Below are positions 61,281 to 64,000 of a stretch of 64,000 nucleotides of DNA, in pieces. The position numbers and the translations under genes were made by a program. A model generated the notes under the pieces. That model was not told the origin of the DNA. It did no database searches and saw nothing but the letters and a program-made list of their open reading frames with translations. The stretch comes from Ranitomeya imitator (taxonomy: Eukaryota): NCBI RefSeq assembly GCF_032444005.1, contig NC_091282.1, positions 474,672,001 through 474,736,000 on the forward strand, written 5' to 3'. Position 1 is the first letter of the stretch; every line of letters starts with the position of its first letter.

Positions 61281-61410
61281 NNNNNNNNNNNNNNNNNNNN
61301 NNNNNNNNNNNNNNNNNNNNNNNNNNNNNNNNNNNNNNNNNNNNNNNNNNNNNNNNNNNNNNNNNNNNNNNNNNNNNNNNNNNNNNNNNNNNNNNNNNNN
61401 NNNNNNNNNN
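61281..61410. other. Assembly gap (130 N)
   Basis: Run of N. Confidence 1.
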
Positions 61411-61519
61411 TATAGTTGTATAAAGCCCACAATACCGAGTGCCTCGATAACCAGTACGTAACAGGGTAGTCTCTCCTTCATCTACTTATCCAAGGTACAG
61501 TTCCATTTCGTACCTGAGA

Positions 61520-62071
61520 GTAAGGGGGGCACCAAAGAACTGCGACTGTATAAGCTTCATCACAGATTGGTGATGGCGGGGAGATATCTGTATCCCCCGA
61601 CTCTCGTTTCCTTACAAAAACAATTGTATGAGTTGAATAAATTTATCATAATCAGAAGAATTAATTTGTACCTTCAGAGAATTTTTGATGAAGTCAATCT
61701 CATTGTGAAGTTTGGAGAGTTTTAATTCTTCCTCTTAAATCATCAGCTTCATTAACTCTATTGAACAGTTTGACAGTAGGTGGTTCAATTTCTTCACACA
61801 GGAGGCAGAATAAACAATAGTTGGTACTTTTTTGAGGCGCAAACCCATAGGAATCATGTTTTTGCTGATATAATTTTCAAGAGTCTTATAATTCCACCAC
61901 ACCTTGGTCTCCAATAACATTAATCTTTCAAGTTTGTCAAAATCAGCATGTATTGAGTCAGAGGAAGAAGCATGACCGAAATCAATTGCAAACACCTGTG
62001 CTGCCTAGCGTGCTCTGTCTCCAAAAACACGTCACTGAGCAAATTACATGTTTCATGGTCTTTTCAGACAT
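61520..62071 (-). pseudogene. N-terminal fragment of another PLE ORF
   Basis: ETKVWWNYKTLENYISKNMIPMGLRLK matches TKLWWNRAFLEKYISRKLIPRGLRV; acceptor gttttttgtcag 6 nt before the ATG at 62071. Confidence 0.72.
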
Positions 62072-62245
62072 GTAGCTCTGACAAAAAACGCAGTGCGTGT
62101 GTTTGAAATGCTTTGCTCTTTCTACTACACCATGATTTTGTCTTTTTAGATGCAAAGAGGTCTTGAATAATATTAGAATTTTATGAGCTGAGTTTTCCTT
62201 TACTGCGTTTATCCCACAAGTGGAACCATGGATTCTGTGCTTCTA

Positions 62246-62544
62246 AGGGTACGTTCACATTTGCATTGTTGTGTGTTGCGTTGGCGACGAAACGCACAAC
62301 GCATGCACAACGCATGCAAAAACGGATGGTTTTGTGATGCATGCGTCCATTTTTGGCTTGCTTTTGGATGCAAAAAAATGCAACTTGCTGCGTCCTCTGC
62401 GCCCTGACGCTTGCGCCAAAAATGACACATGCGTCACAAAACGCAAGACAACGCATGTCCATGCTCCCCATGTTAAATATAGGGGCGCATGACGCATGCG
62501 TCGCCGCGGCTGCGCCCGACGCAATGCTAATGTGAACGTAGCCT
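62246..62544. mobile_element. MITE with AGGSTACGTTCACAT TIRs (T2/Kolobok-like)
   Basis: Terminal inverted repeats with CTAA flanks; related to the 3003-3414 MITE. Confidence 0.78.
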
Positions 62545-63119
62545 AATATGCCTGTTTTTTCTTTCTCTTCTCCCTGTGATGGAAATATATATACATTTCA
62601 TATAGATCTCACTTGCATTTAAACTCATATATACTCCCAGCTAATATGTACACTATAATCGATTGCTTAAAATGGCTGACATAAACTGATATAAGCCAGA
62701 CAGACTGTTTGGGGCTTTCCAGGCAAAAGCGGAACAGCACCAGATGTACTAAGTAGTGATCAGATGTCTCAACTTTGTCCTATATGCAGAAAACGGAGAC
62801 AGCTACACTTTAGTTGCTTAATCAGCATTCATATGTGCATTAATCAAAATATTCCATATATATTTAGATAACCAACAACAGAGGAGCTTGACAATATGGT
62901 AATTAACTAACCACCCCTAACCACCCCCTTTCTATAAGCAATTATAAAACCATGTATGTACAATAAACCGGCAGTATTGGTGGAATGCTATTCTGTCACC
63001 ATGGTATACAGTCTCACTCTTGATGAGCGCTCAAAATACTCAGTCTTATTGGGAATGGCCGCAGCACACATAGGGATAGATTTATCCAAACCAAATTTCC
63101 ATAACATCCCATATAATGG

Positions 63120-63480
63120 CTCCATAAAATGCTCCATTTAGTATAGAACAGCCTCATATATTGTTCCATACAGTATGTAATGGCCCGATATATTGCTCAG
63201 TACAATATAATGGTCCCATATAATGCTCCATACAGTATAATGGCCCCATATGGTGCTCCATACAATATAGTGGGCCCCATATAGTGCTTCATACACAAAA
63301 ATATAAGTAATCAAATACTCACCTCTCCTCGTTTCCTGCAGCTTCCATCTCCTCAGTGTTTTTTGGTACTCTGCACTACTCGGCAGAGGACGCACTGCAG
63401 TGACATCATCGTGCCCTTTGCCCTAAGACGTCACAGAGATACCAAAGCTGCAGGGAACAGGGAGAGATGAGTATTTGAAG
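63120..63480. repeat. cagtataatggccc minisatellite followed by an inverted repeat; non-autonomous element interior
   Basis: Variant ~30-bp units to ~63300; aaatactcacctctcc..ctgcagctt is inverted at ~63446-63477. Confidence 0.6.
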
Positions 63481-64000
63481 AAAGCCGGTGCCAGCACTGG
63501 CACCGGATTCTTTCGACACACGGGCCCCATAGCGTGCCGGTGTCCCCTGCGGTGAATAGACCCCCGTTCGTTCAAGGCCCCTTCACTTGCCTGAGTGACA
63601 GAAGTTAAAGGATGACTCCACATAAAATGTGTGATAGCTGTACAGAGGGGAAATCCTCTTCAGATTCACAGAATCCATGAAAAGGAGCTAGCTGGAGTGG
63701 TGCTCCTCTTCTACAGATGTCAAATGAGCCACAGCTACAGCTTCTATGGAACACACAAAAGCTGTATAAGTTCAGTCTACACTATATTCACAAACAGCAT
63801 TTACATTATATATACACATAAGCTATACCATATACACATTATCAATTCCGTCCATGCCACATATCACTGTAAACCAGTAGTGACACAGAAAAGCACAACC
63901 ACCATTATTCAACCCAATAAAATCAATTTTATTAAATAATAGAAAACATACATAATAAAAAAACTAAGACAAAAACACAGTATCTCAAATGTGAGGGACC

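Noticed and set aside
61232-61481. ORFs spanning the N run
   Set aside because: Artefacts of the assembly gap.

Overview
Transposon-dense vertebrate DNA with no supportable host gene. The repeat families look anuran (frog), which is an inference. Most of the window resolves into nested insertions with target-site duplications (TSDs) readable in the sequence. In order: a near-full-length CR1 LINE with five 128-bp 5' monomers; several Tc1/mariner copies; two non-autonomous Helitrons; a partial-tandem Neptune-type Penelope-like element (PLE, 21746-46107, 14-bp TSD) carrying a hammerhead ribozyme; four nested chromodomain Gypsy elements, each with a 6-bp TSD; a TTAA piggyBac-like element; a full-length Academ transposon (3-bp TSD); and a fifth, truncated Gypsy element. 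The most unusual object is a 9.3-copy, near-perfect array of a highly self-complementary 436-bp unit (11809-15872). It is flanked by a 16-bp TSD and has a 29-bp inversion at one end, so it looks like a single retrotransposition of a multimeric RNA (retrozyme-like, probably PLE-mobilised). Also notable: an apparently tRNA-independent, self-priming PBS in two Gypsy families, and an older PLE reading frame that rejoins in frame across a 30.8-kb nest. All alignments and counts were made by eye.
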